DNA of 35,601 nucleotides, from positions 1-35,601 of the forward strand of contig JABIHA010000092.1 of the NCBI GenBank assembly GCA_018649885.1. The letters are read 5' to 3'. The notes under the pieces are model-generated. The model was given only the letters and a program-made list of their open reading frames with translations, searched no databases and was not told where the DNA came from. This document shows positions 9,710-17,180 of the stretch, in pieces (within the stretch, counting starts at the first letter, position 1; the number at the start of each line of letters is the position of its first letter). Origin of the DNA: Bacteriovoracaceae bacterium. Its GTDB lineage: Bacteria > Bdellovibrionota > Bacteriovoracia > Bacteriovoracales > Bacteriovoracaceae. The translations under genes were made by a program, and so were the position numbers.

Positions 9710-11125
9710 ATGGGAGTTTTTGATTTTTTATTCAAGTGGATTAGAAGTAAGAAAACAGAGCCTAAATTTGAAACACCACCTGAAGCAAAAGCAGAACCAA
9801 AACCAGAGAAAAAGCCAGCACCAAAACCCACACCAAAGCCAAAACCTAACCTAAAACCAAAACCTAAGCCAAAACCTAAGCCAAAGCCCAAGGTAGAAGT
9901 TGATGCCGAGCTGGTTGTTGGCTTTGATTTTGGAACAGCTTTTAGCAAGGTTGTTATAAGGGACTATTCACATGGAATAGTTGGCAAATCATATGCCGTA
10001 TCGTTTGGAAGCTTGGGTTCTTCTATGAATGAATACTTAATACCGGCAAGAATATTTTATGATGGTGGTAACTCAATTAGCCTATCTAGCAATTCAGGCG
10101 AAGAAATATCAAACCTAAAGCTAGGTCCTTTAAACCATCAATCATGCTCAGAAGAAGACGACCAGTTTGCTACTGGGTATATTGCCTTGGTTTTAAGAGA
10201 AACTAGGCGTTGGTTTTTTGCTAAATATGGCGACAGCTATAAAAACAGAAAGATCATTTGGAGCCTGAATATAGGCTTGCCTTCTCGAAGCTATGAGGAC
10301 GAAGAATTGTGCTCAAAGTTTCGTTCTCTTGCTATTGCCGGTTGGGCTCTGTCTAATGAAAGTGAGCCACTAACAATTGAAAACATAAATCAAAAACTTA
10401 ATATTGCCAGAAACTTTTTAAGTCAATCCCAGCAACCACGCATACCGAATGGGTTTCTTCACAGAGGTGACATTAATGTGGTACCTGAGATCATTGCGGA
10501 AGTTGTTGGATATGCAAAGTCAGATTTAAGAGTAGACGGACTTCATATGGTATTAGATATAGGTGCAAGCACCACCGATCTCGCCAGCTTTATAATTCAT
10601 CAAGATAATGACAATTTAGATGATAATTATGAAATATTAACTGCTGAAGTTAAAAATTTCGGGGTAATCAGTTTTGACAACGCTAAAAACGAAGGACACG
10701 GTTCTTTTGAGAACTTACGGAGAAACTTTTATACCTTTATAGGAGATACAAACAGGGAAATGAGGGATATACGATGTGGAAATGATTGGATGAGAGGTTT
10801 CCCACTTTTCTTGTGTGGGGGTGGGGCAAAAATAAAGTTTTATCGAGACACTGTTAAAACGATAAATAGGAATTTAAAATCAACAACTAGTTTTTCAGGG
10901 TTTAATTTTAAGCAGATACCAAAGCCCGGTGACTTAGAAGCTCACGCCATTTCAATTGACTCTTATCATAGACTAGCTGTGGCCTATGGTCTTAGCTTTA
11001 GAAAATTGGACATCGGAAGGATTGTGCCCAAAAGTGTAATTAGCGATATGCCTCCTCCACCTCCTCCACCTAAAACTCGAACACGATACTATCAAGATAA
11101 AGAGGATCATTATTGGGGAACATGA
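9710..11125 (+). CDS. Actin/Hsp70-superfamily (ASKHA) ATPase with Pro/Lys-rich N-terminal linker
   Basis: Phosphate-1 GFDFGTAFSKV, connect-1 VVPE..A, phosphate-2 LDIGASTTD, adenosine motif LCGGGA and connect-2 AVAYGL. Confidence 0.8.
   Translation: MGVFDFLFKWIRSKKTEPKFETPPEAKAEPKPEKKPAPKPTPKPKPNLKPKPKPKPKPKPKVEVDAELVVGFDFGTAFSKVVIRDYSHGIVGKSYAVSFGSLGSSMNEYLIPARIFYDGGNSISLSSNSGEEISNLKLGPLNHQSCSEEDDQFATGYIALVLRETRRWFFAKYGDSYKNRKIIWSLNIGLPSRSYEDEELCSKFRSLAIAGWALSNESEPLTIENINQKLNIARNFLSQSQQPRIPNGFLHRGDINVVPEIIAEVVGYAKSDLRVDGLHMVLDIGASTTDLASFIIHQDNDNLDDNYEILTAEVKNFGVISFDNAKNEGHGSFENLRRNFYTFIGDTNREMRDIRCGNDWMRGFPLFLCGGGAKIKFYRDTVKTINRNLKSTTSFSGFNFKQIPKPGDLEAHAISIDSYHRLAVAYGLSFRKLDIGRIVPKSVISDMPPPPPPPKTRTRYYQDKEDHYWGT
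9776..9892 (+). repeat. Low-complexity (PK)n coding repeat
   Basis: Encodes PPEAKAEPKPEKKPAPKPTPKPKPNLKPKPKPKPKPKPK, built from CCAAAA/CCTAAG hexamers. Confidence 0.9.
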
Positions 11126-11178
11126 GTAATGTTAATTATTCTGCAAATCTATAAATGATGTAATAAGATTCAACGGCT

Positions 11179-11217
11179 GGCACTCGTCACATAGATTTAA
11201 TATATGTCGAGAGTGCC
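11179..11217. terminator. Imperfect hairpin after the ATPase gene (possible terminator)
   Basis: GGCACTC-G-TC-ACATA ... TATGT-CGA-GAGTGCC inverted repeat with bulges. No U-tract on the + strand; an A-run follows. Confidence 0.4.
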
Positions 11218-11239
11218 TGAAAAAAGCGGTAAGATTTTA

Positions 11240-11365
11240 ATGGGTTCCTACAAAATAAACCTCGAAAAACAAACAGCTACCTCAATAAACGGTGTCACCT
11301 TTAAACTTTTAAAGAATGAACATGGTGAATATAAAAGTATGTGTCTCAATCTCAAAGATTTTTAG
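11240..11365 (+). pseudogene. Truncated 41-aa paralogue of the small protein at 12285
   Basis: Translates MGSYKINLEKQTATSINGVTFKLLKNEHGEYKSMCLNLKDF*, versus MGSYKINLDNQTATSINGVTFKLFQNKEGEYSGICINP. Confidence 0.75.
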
Positions 11366-11367
11366 CT

Positions 11368-12258
11368 ATGGCTCAAGAAATGAACCATAAACAACTTATA
11401 GATGATTTAGAAAACACCGGAAACTATAGGGTTCTACAGAAATATCAAAAACCGGATTTTTATAATCAAGAAGATGGTTCAGAAAAAATAACTGGCATAT
11501 TCCTAGATGTAGAAACTACTGGGCTCAGTCATGAGAATGACAGAATTATTGAGATTGCCCTAGTTCCTTTTGAATTCTCTAAGGATGGTCGTATTTTTAA
11601 TTTACTCGAAGCTTACTCTGGCTTAGAAGACCCTGAAACTCCTCTCTCTCAAAAGATAATCTCATTAACTGGCCTTACGGATGAAATGCTTGCCGGAAAG
11701 TCTTTTGATGATGAAGCTATTAAGAGCATTGTTGAATCTTCTAATTTAATTATTGCCCATAATGCGAATTTTGACAGGAAGTTCGTAGAGAGAAGATTCT
11801 CTATTTTTAATGGCAAATCATGGGCATGTTCAGCAAGCCAAGTAGCTTGGGAGGACGAGGGACTTGCTAGTGTTAAGTTAGAATATTTAGCGTACAAATT
11901 CGGATATTTCTTTGAAGGCCATAGAGCACAAGTTGATTGCTATGCTTCCCTGCATCTTCTTTCAATGACCCTTCCTAAGTCTGGCGATTTGGTTCTAAAG
12001 AGCTTACTTAATAATGCACGATTGAAGTCATATAGAATTTGGGCTCTTGGTAGCCCTTTTGACTCAAAAGACTTGTTGAAAAATCGAGGGTATAGGTGGC
12101 CTGGTGACAATGGGAAAAATCGTTCGTGGTATATAGATGTAGACGAGGAAAGCAAAGAACAGGAATTAAAATATTTGAGAGAAGAAATCTTTAAGAGGGA
12201 TATAGATTTACCCATTAATCCGATTACAGCCTTCAATAGATTTTCCGAACGAATTTAA
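11368..12258 (+). CDS. DEDDh 3'-5' exonuclease (DnaQ/epsilon-like)
   Basis: ExoI FLDVETTG, ExoII IAHNANFD, ExoIII HRAQVD and C-terminal KDLLKNRGYRW motif. ATG at 11368 preferred over GTG at 11341. Confidence 0.9.
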   Translation: MAQEMNHKQLIDDLENTGNYRVLQKYQKPDFYNQEDGSEKITGIFLDVETTGLSHENDRIIEIALVPFEFSKDGRIFNLLEAYSGLEDPETPLSQKIISLTGLTDEMLAGKSFDDEAIKSIVESSNLIIAHNANFDRKFVERRFSIFNGKSWACSASQVAWEDEGLASVKLEYLAYKFGYFFEGHRAQVDCYASLHLLSMTLPKSGDLVLKSLLNNARLKSYRIWALGSPFDSKDLLKNRGYRWPGDNGKNRSWYIDVDEESKEQELKYLREEIFKRDIDLPINPITAFNRFSERI

Positions 12259-12284
12259 TTTAGATATACAACCACTTGAAAGAC

Positions 12285-12494
12285 ATGGGTTCCTACAAAA
12301 TAAACCTAGACAACCAAACAGCCACTTCCATCAACGGTGTCACCTTCAAACTCTTCCAAAATAAAGAAGGTGAATATAGCGGTATCTGCATTAATCCAGA
12401 AGCGATCCCGCCAGATGATATGGATGATGAGATATTAGCCAAGATGATTAAAGATGCTGGAGTGTTTTATGAACTGGCTAAGAAGAGGAAATAA
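12285..12494 (+). CDS. Small hypothetical protein (69 aa)
   Basis: ATG start shared with the paralogous copy at 11240, and many differences between the copies are synonymous or conservative. Confidence 0.65.
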   Translation: MGSYKINLDNQTATSINGVTFKLFQNKEGEYSGICINPEAIPPDDMDDEILAKMIKDAGVFYELAKKRK

Positions 12495-12499
12495 ATAGC

Positions 12500-13168
12500 A
12501 TGGCTAGTGACATCTACAATAAGGTCACCAATTTCTACAGTCTATTGCTAGAAGACAATAATCATAGATATAAATCCTGGGAACATTGTTATTCACATTT
12601 TATGGATGATGATGCATCTAGCAATGTTGACATATCATGCTTGCATTTGTCTTTCTATCTAGCCAGTTGGGGTATGTATAGAGGCTCAAGCTTCCTCCTG
12701 TGGAAAGATTACCGTATCCATAAGCCTGTTGTTGAAAAATTACTTAAAAACAGACATCTCCAGAATTACGACTTTTCATCAATTGATGACACCGATTTAA
12801 AAGAAATATTAGATTTAGCAAAGTGGATTAAAAACTGGTACAGGGAAAACATAAATAAAGTAAATGGTGAATCAAAATCAGTTAATGCAACGTATACCCT
12901 TGTGACTAAAATTATGCTGGGAACCGTTGGCTGTATTCCTGCCTATGATCGTTATTTCATTGATGGAATGAGAATGTCTGGAATTAAATATTCTAAACTT
13001 AGCCAAACAAACCTGAGTGCTGTCTCTCAATTCTACAAAAACAACAAGGCCGAGTTCATCAGGGCACAGAAGGCTATACAAAAGAAGTGTAAAGTTAATT
13101 ACCCTGCAATGAAACTAGTAGATATGTATTTCTGGGAAATTGGATTTCAGGCAGACCCCAATAACTAG
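12500..13168 (+). CDS. Conserved-looking hypothetical protein, possible HhH-type DNA glycosylase-like fold
   Basis: Motifs YKSWEHCY, LHLSFYLASWGMYRGSSFLL, TLVTKIMLGT.GCIPAYDRYF and KLVDMYFW. The fold is inference only. Confidence 0.6.
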   Translation: MASDIYNKVTNFYSLLLEDNNHRYKSWEHCYSHFMDDDASSNVDISCLHLSFYLASWGMYRGSSFLLWKDYRIHKPVVEKLLKNRHLQNYDFSSIDDTDLKEILDLAKWIKNWYRENINKVNGESKSVNATYTLVTKIMLGTVGCIPAYDRYFIDGMRMSGIKYSKLSQTNLSAVSQFYKNNKAEFIRAQKAIQKKCKVNYPAMKLVDMYFWEIGFQADPNN

Positions 13169-13209
13169 GGAAACGTATTTATTGATATAGACCGTTCAGA
13201 GCATACTAA

Positions 13210-13716
13210 CTAAATTTGAATCCAAACCTCGCCTTCAAACGGAACCCAAGTCTTTCCACTTGAAACGAAAAGTAAGGGACTCCATCCCCTATCCCTGCAA
13301 GGCACAATATACTCAATACAATTTACTAGATCGCCAAGTTCGTATTTAATTTTCTCATAAATACAATTAAAATAATCTTCTTTGAATCCTTGGGCAATAA
13401 CGGATATTGACTCTACCCACTCCTGCCCAAAGTTAAGGCTAGGATTGGAAATTTCCCAAAGGGTTCCTCTCCCTCTATAGCTAGATTGCTTTAGCCATAT
13501 CCTGGTAGGTTCGATTATGCAGGGCAACCAATCGAGTTTTAAGTCTTGAGGAAATTGTGAAATATTTAATTCGAGAATTGGAACTGCTTGCCTATCGTTA
13601 AATATTAACTTAGGATTTAATAACGTTCTAGACTGTCGTTTTGGCATGACTGGACTCCTCATAGAAAAAGCCCTCGACATAGCAATCATCAGTTGAGTCA
13701 TGCGTATCGAGGGCAA
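13210..13716 (-). CDS. Hypothetical protein (start uncertain)
   Basis: Open frame filling the gap downstream of the ParB-like gene. No recognisable motif. Confidence 0.4.
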   Translation of the reverse strand: MPSIRMTQLMIAMSRAFSMRSPVMPKRQSRTLLNPKLIFNDRQAVPILELNISQFPQDLKLDWLPCIIEPTRIWLKQSSYRGRGTLWEISNPSLNFGQEWVESISVIAQGFKEDYFNCIYEKIKYELGDLVNCIEYIVPCRDRGWSPLLFVSSGKTWVPFEGEVWIQI

Positions 13717-13757
13717 TATTTATTTATTAACTTCTAAGGTACAAACTGATGGTTGCG

Positions 13758-14552
13758 TCAAGCCGCTTTACAGTTCTGCCTATTTTCAACCCACTTCCAG
13801 AAGGCTTTGACATTAATCAAGATTCTTGTTCCTATCATCTTTATCACTCCTGAAGCGACCATCCCATTCGTTTCCCTACTAAACAAATGAGAGCGAAGGC
13901 TTCCATTTGAAAACATATCCTGAGCTTCCACAAGTTGCCCGACCGTCATATACTTGCTGTTCAACCTTGAATGGCCTCCAAGATTCTTAGAACTTTTTCC
14001 ACTTAATTCTCTTAGTTTAAATTTACCCACCGCCTCGATTTGATCTGTTTGTTTTTTTATTCCTTCTATTCTTAATAACTGTGCTCTTGTTAGAACCAAG
14101 TTATTGTCCTTCAGTTTCTTCTGCACAGCCTTGGGAATAGCTTCAATCTTAATGGTTTCTTTTATCCATTCGACTGTCTTTCCAATGGATTTTGATAACT
14201 CCTTGAAGCTAGACTGGCCACTTTCAATGCAAATCTTAATATTTTTTGCTATTTGAATATAATCCCTCTTTTTAATCTCCAAATCTTCAGCCAAGCAAAT
14301 ATCCATACTTTCCTTATCCACTATTCTTGCAGGAATTGTTGCCTTGCCTAATTTCATATAAGCATTTAATCTACGACCCCCAGCCAACAACACATAGCCA
14401 TTGTTCTTTTGTTTATGCAAGGTTACTGGATGCAACAGACCGCATTTCTTAATTGAACTCGCCAATGTCGCTATAGCTTCCTTTCTATAAGTAGCCCCTT
14501 CATATTGTTTGCTTAACTTGATCTTTTCAACTGCAATACTTTGAGTTTTCAT
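13758..14552 (-). CDS. ParB-like N-terminal domain + HTH + C-terminal excisionase-like DNA-binding domain
   Basis: LASSIKKCGLLHPV and LLAGGRRLNA (ParB boxes). C-terminal YMTVGQL...FSNGSLRSHLFSRETNG...IGTRILINVKAFWKWVE resembles small integrase-associated DNA-binding/Xis proteins. Confidence 0.75.
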   Translation of the reverse strand: MKTQSIAVEKIKLSKQYEGATYRKEAIATLASSIKKCGLLHPVTLHKQKNNGYVLLAGGRRLNAYMKLGKATIPARIVDKESMDICLAEDLEIKKRDYIQIAKNIKICIESGQSSFKELSKSIGKTVEWIKETIKIEAIPKAVQKKLKDNNLVLTRAQLLRIEGIKKQTDQIEAVGKFKLRELSGKSSKNLGGHSRLNSKYMTVGQLVEAQDMFSNGSLRSHLFSRETNGMVASGVIKMIGTRILINVKAFWKWVENRQNCKAA

Positions 14553-14584
14553 TGAGAATTCCTTTTTTCATGGTTTTGAAACAC

Positions 14585-14638
14585 AAAAAAGCCGTCTAGA
14601 GAGAATTCCTATTAAAGTCGGAAGTAATTCTTGACGGC
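14585..14638 (-). terminator. Long hairpin + U-tract just upstream of the parB-like gene (copy A)
   Basis: Minus strand GCCGUC-AAGAAUUACUUCC...GGAAUUCUCUCUA-GACGGC-UUUUUU. Confidence 0.65.
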
Positions 14639-14746
14639 TTTGGCAATGAAACATTTTTTTATTTCAAACTACTACATCCTTGTCTCCTTTATGTTGGGGT
14701 TTTCATTTGATCGTTTTATAAATTACTTTAAAAACTTGTCGTTCAT

Positions 14747-14932
14747 TTATTTCACTACATCGTGACTATGTGCTTTCGATAAGTGATCGTACCTTTTAAC
14801 CATTTGTAAGGTCTTGTGCCCCAATACATCTGCTATTTCAGGCAAGGTCGCAATCACCTCTTTTCTATAATTTGCTGTTTTATACTGCTCACTTAATTTT
14901 ATCTTTTTAACTGCAATGCTTTTAGTTTTCAT
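14747..14932 (-). pseudogene. Chimeric remnant: ParB N-terminus fused in frame to an integrase C-terminus
   Basis: MKTKSIAVKKIKLSEQY..YRKEVIATL (parB-like) joined to EIADVLGHKTLQMVKRYDHLSKAHSHDVVK. Beyond the TAA the frame continues MNDKFLK, like the integrase end MNEKFLA. Confidence 0.85.
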
Positions 14933-14964
14933 TGAGAATCCCTTTCTTCTAGGTTTTTAAAAAC

Positions 14965-15018
14965 AAAAAAGCCGTCTAGAGATAATTCCCTTTAAAATCG
15001 GAAGTAATTCTTGACGGC
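14965..15018 (-). terminator. Long hairpin + U-tract (copy B), downstream of the integrase
   Basis: Same GCCGUC...GACGGC-UUUUUU structure as copy A, with changes confined to the inner part. Confidence 0.65.
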
Positions 15019-15109
15019 ACTGACAAGGCAAAAGTTATTTTCTTATTTTTTAACTATGACAAATTTAATTCCCCCATTAAGTGTGTTATGCGTAGGCAAC
15101 TTTTCAGAA

Positions 15110-16162
15110 TTAAGCTAAAAACTTTTCGTTCATTTTTTTCACCACATCGTAACTATGTGCTTTCGATAAGTGAGCGTACCTTTTAACCATCTGCAAATCT
15201 TTATGTCCAAGCACATCTGCTATTTCAAGCATCGTAGCCTGATTCATTGCTAGATAAGATGCGGCTGTATGCCTTAGGTCGTGATACCTAAAATCATTTA
15301 TCTTGGCCTGCTTTATAGCTTTATCCCAAGCTTTTCTGATAAGAATTGGCTTTTCACCGTCTGCTCTTGGGAAAACGTACTCTGTATCCATTCTTCGATT
15401 GTTTTCCATATCCTTTAATAAACCCAAAGCGACTCCGGCAATAGTGATACTTCTTTTTTCTTTATTTTTGGTGTCATGCAGTGCCGCAGTGCCTATTTCT
15501 AAATTTATATCAGAATATTTTAAATATATAATTTCGGAAGCTCTAGCTCCTGTTGCAATGGCTAAAAATACAGCCGGATATAAAAACTTATTGGTGCTTG
15601 CTTTACAGGCTTTAAGCAATCTTTTCTTTTCATCCAGACTGAGAAAACGATCTCTTCCTTTAGGCTCTGTTAATTTCTTTACCTTTGAAACAGGATTTTC
15701 ATCTATCCACTCCCATTCTTTCATAGCGACATTAAAAGCGTGGCTCAGAGCCGCCAAATACCGATTGACTGTGGCTGGAGTTCTTTCTTTCTTGTTGCCT
15801 TTCCTTAATTTTTTCTTACCCTCTTCAATATCGCTACGAGAGATTTCCGCTAACGCCATATATCCAATTTCATCTTTCCACCAATTGAGTTGTGTCGTCT
15901 GATCTGCCTGCATGACACGGCCTTTGTGAACCAGCACTTCATCCTGATATTTCTCGATAAGTTCAGACAAAGTGATGTTTCTTCCTTTCAAAACTTTAAA
16001 TCTCTTGCCATCCTTTATTTCTGACTCCGTCTTACTCACCCAATTTTTTGCATCTGTTTTTCGCTCGAAGGCTTTTACTATTGTTCTATGACCTTTCAAT
16101 CGAATTTTTGCGTAGTAAGAAGTTTTACCTGTTTTATTTTTTCGTTCTGTAAATGAGGCCAT
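15110..16162 (-). CDS. int: Tyrosine integrase of a tRNA-targeting genomic island
   Basis: N-terminal arm-binding-like domain, PATVNRYLAALS, TGARASEI (R), TKN (K), HDLRH, LGHKD...RY. Lies about 390 bp from the tRNA 3' end. Confidence 0.95.
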   Translation of the reverse strand: MASFTERKNKTGKTSYYAKIRLKGHRTIVKAFERKTDAKNWVSKTESEIKDGKRFKVLKGRNITLSELIEKYQDEVLVHKGRVMQADQTTQLNWWKDEIGYMALAEISRSDIEEGKKKLRKGNKKERTPATVNRYLAALSHAFNVAMKEWEWIDENPVSKVKKLTEPKGRDRFLSLDEKKRLLKACKASTNKFLYPAVFLAIATGARASEIIYLKYSDINLEIGTAALHDTKNKEKRSITIAGVALGLLKDMENNRRMDTEYVFPRADGEKPILIRKAWDKAIKQAKINDFRYHDLRHTAASYLAMNQATMLEIADVLGHKDLQMVKRYAHLSKAHSYDVVKKMNEKFLA

Positions 16163-16274
16163 AAATTTTTCTCCAAACTTAAAAAACTAAATTTTATATT
16201 TTTTATTTTCATCAATAAAAAAACATATACAAAATTAAAGGCGTAATTTTGCTCGACATATTTGCCCACGCCAA

Positions 16275-16319
16275 CTATCTCATATTTTAAAAATATGTCA
16301 ACTGTTTTTTAATCAGTTG
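16275..16319 (-). promoter_or_regulatory. Putative integrase promoter with overlapping palindromes
   Basis: Minus-strand TTGACA (16301-16296) with a weak -10. Palindrome CATATTTT-A-AAAATATG (16281-16297) in the spacer and CAACTG...CAGTTG (16299-16319). Confidence 0.45.
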
Positions 16320-16352
16320 TTCATCACTACAAACAATGAGACTAGTCTTATA

Positions 16353-16506
16353 TAGTGACACTAATTAGACAAATTTAAACACGCAGCCAAGCCAAGCATT
16401 ATCAAAATGGGACGATCACTACTTCTCTATTAGTGTTGTACGTTGTTGGGATGTGCTGTGGTTTGCTGGGGGTTGTTGCTGGAGAATGTCACTAAAAGTG
16501 TCACCA
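16353..16506. promoter_or_regulatory. Putative integrase arm-type binding sites
   Basis: TAGTGACACTAA at 16353 and tandem TGTCACTAAAAGTGTCACCA at 16487-16506, i.e. GTGACA repeats between the integrase and the tRNA. Confidence 0.5.
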
Positions 16507-16507
16507 C

Positions 16508-16545
16508 AAACAAAAAGGACCTAGACGAATATCGCCTAAGTCCTT
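16508..16545 (-). terminator. Intrinsic terminator after tRNA-Lys
   Basis: AAGGACUUAGGCGA-UAU-UCGUCUAGGUCCUU-UUUGUUU on the minus strand. Confidence 0.8.
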
Positions 16546-16553
16546 GTTTTAAA

Positions 16554-16629
16554 TGGTGGGCCGTCTCAGGATCGAACTGAGGACCTACTGATTAAGAGTC
16601 AGTTGCTCTACCAATTGAGCTAACGGCCC
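16554..16629 (-). tRNA. tRNA-Lys (anticodon CTT)
   Basis: GGGCCGTTAGCTCAATTGGTAGAGCAACTGACT-CTT-AATCAGTAGGTCCTCAGTTCGATCCTGAGACGGCCCACCA: 76 nt, full cloverleaf, encoded CCA. Confidence 0.97.
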
Positions 16630-16750
16630 ATAACTCATTTATTTACAATAAGTTATAAGTTTTTCTGGGTGTGTATTTTTAACGCTAAAACTATCTGTAT
16701 TCAACGTGTATTCAACACTAGTTCTGGAAGTTGATCTGAAGTTTGATCTG
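16630..16750. repeat. Inverted and direct short repeats abutting the tRNA 5' end
   Basis: ATAACTCATT-7nt-AATAAGTTAT (16630-16656), TGTATTCAAC twice (16696, 16707) and GAAGTT(T)GATCTG twice (16727-16750). Confidence 0.65.
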
Positions 16751-16916
16751 TCGCACCTGGTTAACATGACAGCACTATACCATGATGCAATAGCTCATTC
16801 CATACGATGCTAAGAAGGTTCTGTGCTTTCAAATGCAAATTAACCTCTTAAACCAACCACAACGAACCGGGCTGAGCCGAGAGCTTTGGGTTGGTGATTT
16901 GCGTGGATGGTTGTAC

Positions 16917-17018
16917 AATGGAACTGTTCGTAAGCCATCAATATTTACATTGGAGGTTTTTATGGAAAATGGAACAGTTCATAACCCATCAATATTTTCT
17001 TCGGAGGTTGTTATGGAA
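16917..17018 (+). repeat. 51-bp tandem repeat, two copies, each ending in RBS + ATG
   Basis: AATGGAACTGTTCGTAAGCCATCAATATTTACATTGGAGGTTTTTATGGAA / AATGGAACAGTTCATAACCCATCAATATTTTCTTCGGAGGTTGTTATGGAA. Confidence 0.85.
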
Positions 17019-17136
17019 ACTGATAATCCACCAAATCATTAATTCACATAAAATAAAATCCCATTCAATTCCAATATAAATTGGAATATGCCCGATCTTG
17101 ACCGAGTGATTTAAAAGACGGGTCAAAGAAGAGATT

Positions 17137-17180
17137 AAAGCCCCACAACCCTGCAACGGGGTTGATGGGGCTTTTTGTTT
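17137..17180 (+). terminator. Intrinsic terminator-like hairpin (possibly bidirectional)
   Basis: AAAGCCCCA-CAACCC...GGGTTG-A-TGGGGCTTT followed by TTGTTT. Confidence 0.75.

Larger units (their letters stand above)
14461..15228. repeat. Degenerate tandem duplication, two units of ~380 bp (14461-14840 and 14841-15228)
   Basis: Each unit is parB 5' end + intergenic region + integrase 3' end. AAAAAAGCCGTCTAGAGA occurs at 14585 and 14965; ACTATGTGCTTTCGATAAGTGA occurs in both. Confidence 0.92.

Noticed and set aside
9703..9948. Minus-strand ORF with (GF/GL)n repeats
   Set aside because: Simply the reverse complement of the (PK)n linker.
11341..11367. GTG start for the exonuclease
   Set aside because: Falls inside the truncated mini-gene copy; the ATG at 11368 directly after its stop is more plausible.
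14747..14932. 61-aa ORF as a functional gene
   Set aside because: It is a parB/integrase chimera with a nonsense change; treated as a remnant.
15303..15902. 199-aa plus-strand ORF
   Set aside because: Antisense to the integrase with no independent coding signal.
16917..17018. Possible CRISPR array
   Set aside because: Only two adjacent 51-bp units, no unique spacers and no cas genes in the window.
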